Both the position numbers and the translations under genes were made by a program. DNA of 64,000 nucleotides from Candidatus Kerfeldbacteria bacterium (GTDB taxonomy: Bacteria; Patescibacteriota; Patescibacteriia; UBA9570): the NCBI GenBank assembly GCA_016182495.1, contig JACPGK010000022.1, positions 11,092 through 75,091 on the forward strand, given 5' to 3'. A model generated the notes under the pieces. That model was not told where the DNA came from. It worked only from the letters and a program-made list of their open reading frames with translations, and searched no databases. This document shows positions 1-11,028 of this stretch, in pieces. How positions within the stretch are numbered: position 1 is the stretch's first letter; the number at the start of each line of letters is the position of its first letter.

Positions 1-347
1 ACGTTACATATCCGGCCGCTGGCAATGGTTTACCAGTCCGTAACGATGAAGTGTTTCGAGAGTTGAGTGCTATTGTGCCAATGAGTCATTTAATTGAAGT
101 GTCGCCCAATCGGCAATATTATTTAGAGGCCCAGCAGTATCAATTAACCTGGCATAACACTACCACTATTACAGTGCCTAGTAGCACTAGGCATGTTATT
201 ATTATGCTTCAAACTATTCCGCCACAGCAATTACCCCAAGGTATCCTATTAGAACGCCGCTCGGCCAACTATGGTCAAACCTACTATGTCGGAGTAATGA
301 CTGGACCATTCTCTTTATTCAATTACACGGTGACGTATGAACCTTGA
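1..347 (+). CDS. hypothetical protein, 3' part (open from window start)
   Basis: Frame open from position 3 to TGA at 347, overlapping the lepA start. Confidence 0.55.
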   Translation, partial: VTYPAAGNGLPVRNDEVFRELSAIVPMSHLIEVSPNRQYYLEAQQYQLTWHNTTTITVPSSTRHVIIMLQTIPPQQLPQGILLERRSANYGQTYYVGVMTGPFSLFNYTVTYEP

Positions 348-2118
348 TCGGATTCGAAATTTTTGCATCATTGCCCATATTGACCATGGTAAAAGCACCT
401 TGGCTGATCGTTTGTTAGAAATTACCGGTACCGTATCAACTCGTGAACTAAAAGCCCAAATGTTAGATACCATGGATTTAGAACGGGAACGTGGCATTAC
501 CATTAAACTGCAGCCGGTTCGGATGAACTACCAAGGCTATATCTTGAACTTAATTGATACACCCGGACATGTTGATTTTACCTACGAAGTGTCACGCTCA
601 TTAGCCTGTTGTGAAGGAGCCTTATTAATAGTTGACGCCACTCAAGGTATTCAAGCGCAAACCTTGGCGAATTTATATTTAGCCGTTGAACAAAATTTAG
701 AGATTATACCGGTGATTAACAAAATCGATTTGCCAGCTGCGAATGTGTCGGCTGTGCGTGAAGAAATAAAAAAAATTCTCGGTAGTAAAGATGAAGAAAT
801 TATCGCGGTATCAGCTAAAACCGGTGAGAATATAACGGCGGTATTGCAGGCGGTGATTAATCGGGTGCCACCTCCAACGGTGTCAGCCGATACTACCCAA
901 GCGTTAATTTTTGATTCCACCTTTGATGATTATCGTGGGGTAGTGGCCTATGTGCGCCTAATGCAAGGTACCATCAAGCGCTTTGATCAACTCACCTTTA
1001 TGGCTACTCATAAACAATCCGAGGCTTTAGAAGTAGGGTTTTTTTCACCGAAATATCTTGCTCAACCGCAACTGCTCCCCGGCGAAATTGGTTATGTCAT
1101 TACCGGTTTTAAAGAAGTGGCCGATTGTAAAGTAGGCGATACCATTACCTTAACAAAAACTCCAGCCACCAAGCCTTTGCCAGGATACACTGAAGTAAAG
1201 CCGATGGTGTATGCCAGTTTATTTTGTAAAGAAGGGGATGATTACCCCCAGCTGCGCGAAGCTTTGGGTAAATTAAAATTAAGTGATGCTGCTTTAGCCT
1301 TTGAACCGGAAAATTCCAAAGCCCTAGGTTATGGTTTTCGCTGTGGTTTTTTAGGATTACTGCATTTAGAAATTGTCCAAGAACGCTTAAAGCGTGAACA
1401 CGAACTTGATGTCATCGTTACTGCTCCTTCGGTAGCTTATCGAGTCACCCAGCGCGCTGGCCAAGTGATCATGGTATCATCACCGTTAGATTGGCCCGAT
1501 CCTACCGTCATCGAATTAGTAGAAGAACCGGTCATGCAGGTTGATGTACTTACTCCGAGTCAATATATTGGTGGTACTATCAGTTTACTGCAAGATAAAC
1601 ATGGTCAACCGACCGCTTCTGAAATTGAATATCTCGATGCCAATCGGGTGATTATTCATTACCTGGTACCATTAGCTGGTATTATTGTTGACTTTTATGA
1701 TAAATTAAAAAATGTATCCTCGGGATATGCTTCAATGAATTATGAGTTTAAAGGCTATATTCCTTGCCAGGTTCGACGCATGGATATTCTGGTGGCTGGC
1801 GACCAGGTTGAAGCTTTAGCCACCATTGTGTATCAAGCCGAAGCCATTAGTGCTGGCCGTAAGATTGTGGAAGAGTTAAAAAAAATCTTACCCCGTCAAT
1901 TATTTGAAGTGCGGCTACAAGCGGCTTTAAACGGCAAAGTGGTTGCTTCAGAACATATTCCGGCGATGCGTAAAGATGTCACCGCCAAGTTGTATGGTGG
2001 CGATGTCACTCGCAAACGTAAATTATTAGAAAAACAAAAAAAAGGTAAAGCCCGCATGAAATCAATTGGTAAAGTGGATATTCCCAAAGATGCTTTTTTA
2101 GCAGTGTTAAAACGATAA
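337..2118 (+). CDS. lepA: elongation factor 4 (LepA GTPase)
   Basis: IRNFCIIAHIDHGKSTLADR, ERERGITIK, DTPGH, NKID, C-terminal RKDVTAKLYGGDVTRKRKLLEKQK. Confidence 0.98.
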   Translation: MNLDRIRNFCIIAHIDHGKSTLADRLLEITGTVSTRELKAQMLDTMDLERERGITIKLQPVRMNYQGYILNLIDTPGHVDFTYEVSRSLACCEGALLIVDATQGIQAQTLANLYLAVEQNLEIIPVINKIDLPAANVSAVREEIKKILGSKDEEIIAVSAKTGENITAVLQAVINRVPPPTVSADTTQALIFDSTFDDYRGVVAYVRLMQGTIKRFDQLTFMATHKQSEALEVGFFSPKYLAQPQLLPGEIGYVITGFKEVADCKVGDTITLTKTPATKPLPGYTEVKPMVYASLFCKEGDDYPQLREALGKLKLSDAALAFEPENSKALGYGFRCGFLGLLHLEIVQERLKREHELDVIVTAPSVAYRVTQRAGQVIMVSSPLDWPDPTVIELVEEPVMQVDVLTPSQYIGGTISLLQDKHGQPTASEIEYLDANRVIIHYLVPLAGIIVDFYDKLKNVSSGYASMNYEFKGYIPCQVRRMDILVAGDQVEALATIVYQAEAISAGRKIVEELKKILPRQLFEVRLQAALNGKVVASEHIPAMRKDVTAKLYGGDVTRKRKLLEKQKKGKARMKSIGKVDIPKDAFLAVLKR

Positions 2119-2123
2119 ACCAA

Positions 2124-3248
2124 ATGAAACGTAACTGGCATGAACCAAATTATACTCTGATCGGTACTATTATTTTGTTGATAATCTTTGGTTTAATCAT
2201 GCTGTCATCGGCTAGCTCTGTAGAGGGCTTTGAAAAATTTTCTGATCCGAACTATTTCGTCAAACATCAGTTACTGTATGGTGTGTGTTTGGGATTGCCG
2301 ATGATGTGGTTATTAACGCGATTAGATTATCACATTTGGAAACAGCTAGCTTTCCCCATGATGGCGGTTAGCGTGGTATTGTTGCTATTAGTATTGGTGC
2401 CTGGTATCGGTGTAGAATTACTTGGTGCCAAACGTTGGATCGGATTCGGTGGGATTATTTTTCAACCATCTGAAATTGTTAAGCTCACTTTTTTAATTTA
2501 TTTGGCAGTATGGCTAGAAGCCAAAGAGAAAGCTATTCATGATTGGTCTACCGGGTTAGCCCCTTTCAGTATCATGATAGGATTTTTAGTGTTCATGATT
2601 GCGTTAGTACAAAAGGATCTCGGCACCATGATTGTGATTGGGATAATTGCCATGGCCGCTTATTTTGTGGCCGGTGCTCCCTGGAAACATTTATTGGTCT
2701 TAGGTGGCAGTGGCCTGGCCGTTATACTTTTTTTTGTAAAAGTGTTACCACTGATTATTCCCTCATTCAGTTATCGCGCTCATCGCTTGACGGTATTTTT
2801 GAATCCCGATTTAGACCCTCTTGGCATTGGCTATCATATCAACCAAGCTTTATTGGCGATTGGTTCGGGTGGTTTATTAGGGGTTGGTTTAGGTCGATCA
2901 CGTCAAAAATTTAACTATTTGCCTGAAGCCAGTAACGATTCAATTTTTGCCGTGGTAGCCGAAGAAATGGGTTTTATCATCTCCGTCGGTTTAGTGATAT
3001 TGTATATGGTATTCATGGTGCAAGGCTATCGCGTCGCCAAAACTGCTCCGGATACCTATGGCAAAATTTTAGCAGCTGGCATTACCACTTGGATAATTTT
3101 TCAGGCCATTGTTAACATTATGGCGATGTTGGCTTTGGTGCCACTCACTGGTATTCCACTGCCACTGGTGAGTTATGGTAGCACTTCGTTGGTAATGTTA
3201 TTAGCTGCTTTGGGGATTTTGATTAATATTTCAAGACAAACGAAATAG
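2124..3248 (+). CDS. ftsW: SEDS-family peptidoglycan polymerase FtsW
   Basis: GAKRWI, QPSEIVK, YLPEASNDSIFAVVAEEMG, GIPLPLVSYG; directly upstream of murG. Confidence 0.93.
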   Translation: MKRNWHEPNYTLIGTIILLIIFGLIMLSSASSVEGFEKFSDPNYFVKHQLLYGVCLGLPMMWLLTRLDYHIWKQLAFPMMAVSVVLLLLVLVPGIGVELLGAKRWIGFGGIIFQPSEIVKLTFLIYLAVWLEAKEKAIHDWSTGLAPFSIMIGFLVFMIALVQKDLGTMIVIGIIAMAAYFVAGAPWKHLLVLGGSGLAVILFFVKVLPLIIPSFSYRAHRLTVFLNPDLDPLGIGYHINQALLAIGSGGLLGVGLGRSRQKFNYLPEASNDSIFAVVAEEMGFIISVGLVILYMVFMVQGYRVAKTAPDTYGKILAAGITTWIIFQAIVNIMAMLALVPLTGIPLPLVSYGSTSLVMLLAALGILINISRQTK

Positions 3249-3328
3249 AATCATGAATCATGAATTAAGAATTAAGGAGCATGAATCAAGGAATTACGAT
3301 AATTCATTATTCTTAATTCATGATTCTA
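3246..3328. repeat. 7-nt-periodic palindromic element over the murG start
   Basis: Perfect 18-bp inverted repeat GAATCATGAATTAAGAAT (3255-3272) / ATTCTTAATTCATGATTC (3309-3326). Confidence 0.85.
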
Positions 3329-4335
3329 AAATCGTACTCACTGGTGGCGGCACAGCTGGATCAGTCACGCCTTTGCTGGCTGTAGCGGAACACTTGCCAA
3401 AGCAACAATTATTTTTTTTTGGCAGCCGCCGGGGCATTGAACGTCAACTGATTCCACCAATCATTCGGTACCAACCAATCTTGGCTGGTAAGTTTCGGCG
3501 GTATTGGTCGTGGCGGCATCTGTCTGATCCAATCATTATTCTGGCAGCTTTTTGGCAGTCTTTGTATCTGTTATTGAAACTGCGTCCACAGGTAGTAGTG
3601 TCGGCTGGTAGTTTTGTATCCGTACCAGTAGTATGGGCCGCTTGGTGTTGTGGGATTCCTACCATAGTACATCAACCCGATGTAACGGTTGGTCTAGCTG
3701 TGCGTTTAATGGCTCCGTTTGCTAGTCGCCTCACTAAAGCCTTGGTCGACACTCATTTACGCGGGGCTGATTGGATTGGTAATCCGGTACGTAACTTAAC
3801 CCCAACTACACAACAATTAATCATTGATGCTAGTTATCCCACGGTATTCATTTTTGGCGGCAGTACCGGCGCTCAAGGATTAAATACTTTAGTCACCACA
3901 GCAATTTGTGCTGAAGCAAATGTGATTCATGTTACCGGAAAAAATAAGTTGCCCAAAACTATCTCACCGCATCCACGGTATCAGCAATTTGAACTTTTGG
4001 CTGAACCGATGAAAGAAGCTTTACATCAGGCCGATGTGATAGTATGTCGGGCGGGGATAGGTACCCTGGCCGAGTTAGGAGCTTTAGCCAAAGCAGCTAT
4101 CATCATACCATTACCTCATAGTCATCAAGAAAAGAATGCTGCTCTGTTGATCAAACACCAAGCGGCCATAGTGCTAGATCAAACCAAGTTAACCCCTGAA
4201 CAGTTGACGCGTTTGATTCAGGATGTGTTGCATGATGCCTCCCGTCGTAGTCAATTAGGCCAAGCCATTCAGCAATTATTTCCTCCGGCGGCGGCCAACA
4301 CCTTAGCTGACTACATCGTTCAGCTAACCCAATGA
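3253..4335 (+). CDS. murG: MurG glycosyltransferase with a repeat-derived N-terminal extension
   Basis: IVLTGGGTAG, GNPVR, FIFGGSTGA, VCRAG, HQEKNA. Confidence 0.93.
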   Translation: MNHELRIKEHESRNYDNSLFLIHDSKIVLTGGGTAGSVTPLLAVAEHLPKQQLFFFGSRRGIERQLIPPIIRYQPILAGKFRRYWSWRHLSDPIIILAAFWQSLYLLLKLRPQVVVSAGSFVSVPVVWAAWCCGIPTIVHQPDVTVGLAVRLMAPFASRLTKALVDTHLRGADWIGNPVRNLTPTTQQLIIDASYPTVFIFGGSTGAQGLNTLVTTAICAEANVIHVTGKNKLPKTISPHPRYQQFELLAEPMKEALHQADVIVCRAGIGTLAELGALAKAAIIIPLPHSHQEKNAALLIKHQAAIVLDQTKLTPEQLTRLIQDVLHDASRRSQLGQAIQQLFPPAAANTLADYIVQLTQ

Positions 4336-5549
4336 AGTTTATCAACTTCAGCCAAGTTGAACGGTATCTACAGCGACAAGATCAGCACCGAGATGATTAT
4401 TACCAATTGCAACGGATGCAAACCGCCGTTAACCGATTACAGCATCCCGAACTGCGGTATCAAGTGATTCAGGTTGGCGGCACATCGGGTAAGGGTTCTA
4501 CCTGTGCTATGATCGCTGCTATTGTGCAACAAGCCAGCTGGCGCGTTGGGCTCTATTCATCACCAGCTCTGCCAACAACGTTGCACCGTATCATGGTGAA
4601 TCAGCGGCCAGTGGCTGCTGGCACGGTAGTACGCTTAATGAATACAATACAATCCCGTTTAACAACTTGTCACCTCACCAGCTTTGAATGGTGGACAATC
4701 CTAGCCTTTCAATATTTTGCTGAACAGCAGGTTGATTACGCCATAGTAGAAGTAGGCGTTGGCGGTCGCTACGATGCTACCACTGTAGTACAACCAACGG
4801 TCGCAATTGTAACCGACATTGGTTTAGATCATACCGAAATACTGGGTAAAACCAAAACTGCTATTGCTCAACACAAAGCCGCTATTATCAAACCAGGTGT
4901 AGTGGGTTTTACTGGTTCACGCTTGGTTAAGCGCGGTCGATACGTTAATTTGAATGGTGCGAGCATACATCACGCTAGTCTACGCGGCACGACCTTTTCC
5001 TATAAACAGTGGCATCATATTACTTTAGGTGTACCGGGTGTATTTCAAGTACGCAACGCTATTTTGGCCCTCACCGTGGCTAATCACTTATCCATTCCAG
5101 TAACAGTCGTGCGTCGAGCTTTAGCCCATCTAACATTACCGGCTCGTTTTCAAATACTGCAACGCCAACCATTAATCATTGCCGATGGCGCTCACAATCC
5201 TCAAAAAATGGCTGCCTTTATTGATTCGTTTCAACAGCTGGTGCCGCGTAAACTTGACCAGCGGGTGATTGTATTGTTATCCATCAAGTATACCAAAGAT
5301 CTTTACCATACCTTGCAGCCAATTATGGCAGTGGCCGACGAGGTCATCATCACAGCTTTCTCTGATAGTGCCCCACTGGGCGATATTAAAACAGTGCTGC
5401 AACAGTTTAAACCAACCTTACCAATACAGCTGATGCCAAATAGCCAGCAAGCCTATCAACAGTTGCAACATCGTTTGACAAGACGCGATGTTGGTGTTAT
5501 TACGGGTTCGTTGTATTTGTTAGCCGACCTCTATTCTGTGATATACTAG
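4332..5549 (+). CDS. folC: FolC-family folylpolyglutamate synthase / Mur-ligase superfamily protein
   Basis: VGGTSGKGST, EVGVGGRYDAT, IGLDH, DGAHNP, GSLYL. Confidence 0.88.
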   Translation: MKFINFSQVERYLQRQDQHRDDYYQLQRMQTAVNRLQHPELRYQVIQVGGTSGKGSTCAMIAAIVQQASWRVGLYSSPALPTTLHRIMVNQRPVAAGTVVRLMNTIQSRLTTCHLTSFEWWTILAFQYFAEQQVDYAIVEVGVGGRYDATTVVQPTVAIVTDIGLDHTEILGKTKTAIAQHKAAIIKPGVVGFTGSRLVKRGRYVNLNGASIHHASLRGTTFSYKQWHHITLGVPGVFQVRNAILALTVANHLSIPVTVVRRALAHLTLPARFQILQRQPLIIADGAHNPQKMAAFIDSFQQLVPRKLDQRVIVLLSIKYTKDLYHTLQPIMAVADEVIITAFSDSAPLGDIKTVLQQFKPTLPIQLMPNSQQAYQQLQHRLTRRDVGVITGSLYLLADLYSVIY

Positions 5550-5558
5550 CGCTAGGGT

Positions 5559-6926
5559 ATGGATATGAAACTCGTGCAATCAATTTATTGCATTGGCATT
5601 GCCGGAGCTGGTATGTCAGGTTTGGCGCGACTACTAAAATTACGTGGTAAACAAGTCAGTGGATCAGATTTAGTTGATAGCCCAATAACCCAAGCATTGC
5701 AGGCTGAAGGGATTATGGTGCATGTATTACAACAGGCCAATCACGTACCGCTGGATTGTGATTTGTATGTCTATTCCGATGCTGTACCAGAAACAAATCC
5801 AGAACGAGCTGTTTTAATTCAGCGTGGGTTAGGTGATAAAACAGTCAGCTATTTTACGGCGGTTGGCGCTTTGATGAAACAGTATACACACCGCATCGCT
5901 ATTTCTGGCACGCATGGCAAAACCACTACTACGGCTATGCTCACTATGGTGTTACAAGAAGCTGGCCTAGATCCCACCGCTATCATGGGCAGTATGCTCA
6001 AGGAACTACATAGTAATGTGCGCGTGGGCGCTAACCAAGATGTTTTTATTATCGAAGCCTGTGAATACAAAGCGCACATGCTGCAGCTGCATCCCACCAC
6101 GATCATTGTGAGCAATATTGAAGAAGACCATTTAGATTATTATCGGGATATTGATCATATCCAAATGACCTTCCAGCAATTTGTGAATATGTTGCCGGCT
6201 GATGGGTTATTTATCCGCAACGCCGACGATTCTGAAAGTCGGGAACTCGGTTTTGATGGTACCACTGTTTCGTATGGCTTAGTTGAACCAGCCGATGTGA
6301 TGGCTATCGATATTAAAAAAGATGGTCAAAAGCAATCATTCAAAGTAGGGGACACGCGGTATACGTTATCCGTGCCAGGCGATTTTAATATTTATAATGC
6401 TCTAGCGGTAATTGCCTATGCTCGGCATTTAGGTATTGCTGGTAAAATTATTCAAGCCGCTTTGAGAAAGTTTACTGGTACTTGGCGTCGCTTTGAAGTG
6501 GTCGGAGAATATCGCCAAGCTACCATTATTTCTGACTACGCCCATCATCCTACGGCTGTCACCGCCACTATTAAGGCGGCTAAAGAATGTTATCCGCAAC
6601 GCCGCATCGTAGTGGTATTTCAACCCCATCAGCATAATCGCACTCGGCGTTTATTCAAAAAATTTGTCACCGCCTTCGACGCGGCTGATTTAGTCATTAT
6701 TCAAGAAATTTATGATGTGGCTGGCCGCGAAGCCAAAGAGGATCAAACTGTGTCATCACATGATATCGTGAATACGATTGAACAAACCGGTAAATTAGTA
6801 TTGTATTCGCCGGATGGCACAAAAACAAAAAAACTTTTGGCCGAACATATTGAACCAAACGATGTTGTATTGATTATTGGAGCGGGAGATATTTATCGAG
6901 TAGCTGAAGAATTAAGCAATGTTTGA
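5559..6926 (+). CDS. murC: UDP-N-acetylmuramate--L-alanine ligase
   Basis: IGIAGAGMSGLA, GTHGKTTTT, EACEY, DHLDYY, DYAHHP, VFQPH. Confidence 0.95.
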   Translation: MDMKLVQSIYCIGIAGAGMSGLARLLKLRGKQVSGSDLVDSPITQALQAEGIMVHVLQQANHVPLDCDLYVYSDAVPETNPERAVLIQRGLGDKTVSYFTAVGALMKQYTHRIAISGTHGKTTTTAMLTMVLQEAGLDPTAIMGSMLKELHSNVRVGANQDVFIIEACEYKAHMLQLHPTTIIVSNIEEDHLDYYRDIDHIQMTFQQFVNMLPADGLFIRNADDSESRELGFDGTTVSYGLVEPADVMAIDIKKDGQKQSFKVGDTRYTLSVPGDFNIYNALAVIAYARHLGIAGKIIQAALRKFTGTWRRFEVVGEYRQATIISDYAHHPTAVTATIKAAKECYPQRRIVVVFQPHQHNRTRRLFKKFVTAFDAADLVIIQEIYDVAGREAKEDQTVSSHDIVNTIEQTGKLVLYSPDGTKTKKLLAEHIEPNDVVLIIGAGDIYRVAEELSNV

Positions 6927-7788
6927 AGGTTTGCCGATCGAGCAGCAGGTGCCATTAGCTCCGTTCACCACATTCAAAATTGGTGGACCAGCTAAATATT
7001 TTTTACGAGCCAAAACGCTAGCCGAATTATTACAAGCCTTGACCATGGCTCAATCCAGCAACATGGCGGTGTATATTTTAGGAGGGGGTAGTAATGTGCT
7101 CGTTCATGACCGCGGGTTTGATGGGTTGGTCATCAAGATGGAATTGCATGATATCAGTATTACCACTACCAGGCTTACGGCTGGAGCCGGTGTATTATTA
7201 AACACTGCCATTCGTTTAGCTGTGAACGCTGGCTTGGCTGGTTTGGAATTTGCCACTGGCGTACCGGCTTCGGTTGGGGGAGCGGTGTGGGCTAATCTCG
7301 GTTGTCGTGGCTCTGATATTAGTCAGATAGTCGAATCGGTTGTAGCGTGCGATCGTCAGGGTAATCAAAAAATATTTACTCGGGCCGATTGCCAGTTTCA
7401 GTATCGCGACAGTATGTTTAAACATCAGCCGTGGATTATTCTCCAAGCCAGTTTTCAGCTTCACTTTGGCGACAACACTGCTCTGCGCCAACGGATGGTA
7501 GCATTAACGAAGCTCAAGAAGAATGAACAAAATGTCGGTGAAGATACCGCCGGTTGTGCCTTTCGTAATCCAATAAACAGTACTGCCTCGCAATTAATCG
7601 ATCAATTAGGTTTAAAGGGTTTTCAAATTGGTGGCGCTAAAGTATCCGAACGACACGCTAATTTCATTATCAATACTGGTCAGGCTACCGCTGATCAGGT
7701 TGTGCAATTGATTTCTTATATTAAACAACAAGTCCGCGATCAGCTGGGGGTGCAACTGCAGGAAGAGATTGAATACGTTGGATTTTAG
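6919..7788 (+). CDS. murB: UDP-N-acetylenolpyruvoylglucosamine reductase
   Basis: TTFKIGGPA, LGGGSNVL, FQYRDSMF, AGCAFRNP, HANFIIN. Confidence 0.95.
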   Translation: MFEGLPIEQQVPLAPFTTFKIGGPAKYFLRAKTLAELLQALTMAQSSNMAVYILGGGSNVLVHDRGFDGLVIKMELHDISITTTRLTAGAGVLLNTAIRLAVNAGLAGLEFATGVPASVGGAVWANLGCRGSDISQIVESVVACDRQGNQKIFTRADCQFQYRDSMFKHQPWIILQASFQLHFGDNTALRQRMVALTKLKKNEQNVGEDTAGCAFRNPINSTASQLIDQLGLKGFQIGGAKVSERHANFIINTGQATADQVVQLISYIKQQVRDQLGVQLQEEIEYVGF

Positions 7789-7829
7789 TGCTATACTAGA
7801 TCCGCTTAATTATTAGGTGTTTCTTAACC

Positions 7830-8186
7830 ATGAACTTCAACCTTGCCGGGAAAAATTTAGATTTAACCCCTGCCTTGAAAGCCTATAGCGAAGAAAAAAT
7901 TGGCGGTTTAAGTAAATTCGATGATCAAATTATTGAATTACGGGTTACCATTGAATCATTACGCGAACAACATGCCGAATCATTTCGAGTGACTGCTCAA
8001 TTGCATGTATCGCATGATGTGTTATATACCGAAGAAGTAGCCGCCACCGCCTATGCCGCTATTGATATTGTAAAAGATGAACTCGAACGCCAGCTGCGTG
8101 ATCGTAAAGAACGTTATCAAGCCAAGCAACGTAAAGCCGCTTCCACCCAGCGTGCTCTCAAATCAACCCTGGCTACTGAAGAGTAA
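7830..8186 (+). CDS. hpf: ribosome hibernation factor (HPF/RaiA)
   Basis: [23 protein letters not shown]; usual position upstream of secA. Confidence 0.88.
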   Translation: MNFNLAGKNLDLTPALKAYSEEKIGGLSKFDDQIIELRVTIESLREQHAESFRVTAQLHVSHDVLYTEEVAATAYAAIDIVKDELERQLRDRKERYQAKQRKAASTQRALKSTLATEE

Positions 8187-8191
8187 TTGTC

Positions 8192-10885
8192 ATGGCACTG
8201 CTCACAAAATTATTTGGCGATCCTAGCGCCAAAGCAATTAAACAGTTGCAGCCAGTAGTGCAACGCATTACGGCCCTAGAAGCACAGTTTCAGTCATTGA
8301 GCGATGATGAACTGAAAGCTAAAACTGTCGAATTCAAACAACGGCTAAGCCAACATGAAACCCTTGAGCAACTTCTGCCAGAAGCTTTTGCCACAGTTCG
8401 AGAAGCTTCGCGCCGAGTGTTAGGGCAACGTCATTACGATGTGCAATTGCTTGGCGGCATGGTGTTACATCATGGTAAAATTGCCGAAATGAAAACTGGT
8501 GAAGGCAAAACGCTTACTGCTACTCTGCCAGTGTATTTGAATGCCTTAACTGGTCGAGGCGTACATGTGGTGACAGTGAATGATTATTTAGCTCGCCGTG
8601 ACGTTGATTGGATGGGGCGGTTATATCATTGGTTAAATTTGAGTGTTGGGTGCATTCAAAACCAAGGGGTGAGTTATCTATTTGATCCCGATTATCAAAA
8701 GCGGGCTGATACCACTGACCAAAGTACCGTCACCGATACCGAATTGGCCTTTAAAGTAGACATGGATAATTTACGAGCCGTTGATCGTACAACAGCCTAT
8801 CAAGCCGATATCACCTATGGCACCAATAACGAATTTGGTTTTGATTATTTGCGTGATAATATGGTGCAAACCATTGATCAGCGCGTGCAACGAGGCTGGT
8901 TATCTTATGCCATTGTCGATGAAGTCGATAGTATCTTAATCGATGAAGCCCGCACCCCATTAATTATTTCCGGGCAAGCCGAGGCAGCTACCAAGCAGTA
9001 TTATCGGTTTAGTCAGTTGGTGGAGCAATTGGTGGAAAATGACGATTATAACATTGATGAAAAAATGCGCGTGGCTACCTTAACCGATGGTGGCATTGCC
9101 AAAATGGAACAGTGGTTGGATGTGGTCAACATTTACGAAGCTGGCGGCGTAACTTTAGTACATCATATTGAGCAAGCCTTAAAAGCCCAAACCTTGTTCA
9201 AGCGCGATCGTGATTATGTCGTCAAAGATGGCGAGGTGATTATTGTCGATGAATTCACCGGTCGTTTAATGCCCGGACGTCGTTACAGTGAAGGATTACA
9301 TCAGGCCATTGAAGCGAAAGAACGCTTAGAAATTAAGCGCGAATCACGCACTCTGGCTACCATTACCTTTCAAAACTTGTTCCGGTTGTATGAAAAATTA
9401 GCCGGTATGACCGGTACAGCCGAGACAGAAAAAGAAGAATTTTACAAAATTTATAAATTAGATGTCGTTGTCATTCCAACCAATCAACCAATGGTGCGAC
9501 GCGATGGTTCAGATGCTATTTATCGTACCGAACGAGGCAAGTTTAAAGCCGTCGTCAACAAGGTTAGTGAGTTGCATCAGCAAGGGGTGCCAGTATTGGT
9601 TGGAACAATTTCAATTGAAAAAAATGAAATTCTGTCACAGTTATTAAACCAAGCTGGCGTGCCACACCAAGTGTTGAATGCTAAACAGCACGAACGCGAA
9701 GCCGAGATTATCGCGCAAGCTGGTCAGTCTGGAGCGGTCACCATTGCCACCAATATGGCTGGGCGAGGGGTAGATATCATCTTAGGCGGCAATCCGCCCG
9801 ATACTGTCCAGGCCGAGATCGTTCGCAGTGTTGGTGGTTTATTTGTGCTTGGTACCGAGCGTCACGAAGCCAGGCGAATTGATAATCAGTTACGTGGTCG
9901 ATCTGGTCGGCAGGGTGATCCCGGCAAGACGCAATTTTTTGTATCAATGGAAGATGACTTAATGCGTATTTTTGCCACCGATCGGATTAAAAAAATTATG
10001 GGTACACTGAATTGGCCCGAAGATATGCCCATTGAGAATGCCATTGTCAGCCGATCAATTGAAACTGCTCAAAAGAAGGTTGAGGGACATAATTTTGATA
10101 TTCGTGAACATCTCGTTAAATACGATGATGTCATGAATAAACATCGAGAGGTGATTTATCGAAAACGCAATGAAATTTTAAAATCCCCACCTGAAGATAT
10201 TAGTACACTGATCATGGAATTGGTTGAAAACGAAATTGAACAAATTGTATCATTTCATACCAATTTAGAAAATGAACATCAATGGAACATTCAAGAAATT
10301 TACGAATCAATCCGATCAATCTTTCCGGTGGATGAGCAGGTATTGGCTGATATAAAAGCTAAACAGCAGCAAGCCGGTAACAAACTGCAAGATGCCCAAG
10401 CACGTACTAGCCTGGTAGAATATTTGGTACGATTAGCTACTAACCGCTATCAAGCGATGGTGGCCGAAGTTGATAACGCCGAAGTGGTCTATAAAATTGA
10501 ACAAGGCTTTTATCTGCGCGCCATTGATACGTTATGGATCGAACATCTCGATCAAATGAGTTATTTACGTGAAGGCATTAGCTTGCGTGGTTATGGCCAG
10601 CGCGATCCATTAGTAGAGTATAAAAAAGAAGCCTACAGCATGTTTAGCGAATTAATCGCCAACATCCAAAAGCAAGTAGTGTACAGTATTTTCAAAATGG
10701 CCGATGCGTATTCGTTAGCACCATCGGAAATGAAGCAAGTGAAACAAGAGCTACACGGTGCTAAAAAAACGATGGGAAATGATCAAGCCGACTCGCCGAA
10801 CGACTTAGCAAAAGTAGGACGCAACGATCCTTGCCCCTGTGGCTCGGGGAAGAAGTATAAAAAGTGCCATCTCATTGGGAACTAA
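8192..10885 (+). CDS. secA: preprotein translocase ATPase SecA
   Basis: [44 protein letters not shown]; SEC-C motif [18 protein letters not shown] followed by an atypical LIGN end. Confidence 0.99.
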   Translation: MALLTKLFGDPSAKAIKQLQPVVQRITALEAQFQSLSDDELKAKTVEFKQRLSQHETLEQLLPEAFATVREASRRVLGQRHYDVQLLGGMVLHHGKIAEMKTGEGKTLTATLPVYLNALTGRGVHVVTVNDYLARRDVDWMGRLYHWLNLSVGCIQNQGVSYLFDPDYQKRADTTDQSTVTDTELAFKVDMDNLRAVDRTTAYQADITYGTNNEFGFDYLRDNMVQTIDQRVQRGWLSYAIVDEVDSILIDEARTPLIISGQAEAATKQYYRFSQLVEQLVENDDYNIDEKMRVATLTDGGIAKMEQWLDVVNIYEAGGVTLVHHIEQALKAQTLFKRDRDYVVKDGEVIIVDEFTGRLMPGRRYSEGLHQAIEAKERLEIKRESRTLATITFQNLFRLYEKLAGMTGTAETEKEEFYKIYKLDVVVIPTNQPMVRRDGSDAIYRTERGKFKAVVNKVSELHQQGVPVLVGTISIEKNEILSQLLNQAGVPHQVLNAKQHEREAEIIAQAGQSGAVTIATNMAGRGVDIILGGNPPDTVQAEIVRSVGGLFVLGTERHEARRIDNQLRGRSGRQGDPGKTQFFVSMEDDLMRIFATDRIKKIMGTLNWPEDMPIENAIVSRSIETAQKKVEGHNFDIREHLVKYDDVMNKHREVIYRKRNEILKSPPEDISTLIMELVENEIEQIVSFHTNLENEHQWNIQEIYESIRSIFPVDEQVLADIKAKQQQAGNKLQDAQARTSLVEYLVRLATNRYQAMVAEVDNAEVVYKIEQGFYLRAIDTLWIEHLDQMSYLREGISLRGYGQRDPLVEYKKEAYSMFSELIANIQKQVVYSIFKMADAYSLAPSEMKQVKQELHGAKKTMGNDQADSPNDLAKVGRNDPCPCGSGKKYKKCHLIGN

Positions 10886-11028
10886 TTCTGCCCAAAAGCC
10901 ATAGTAAATTTGATGATTGCTGAGTTAGCAACTACCTAAAATAGGGGATGGGTTTGCAAAATAGGTAAGAAGGCTAACTTGACATCTAGTTGACACTTGT
11001 CAAGTAAAACATTATTATATTGACATCT

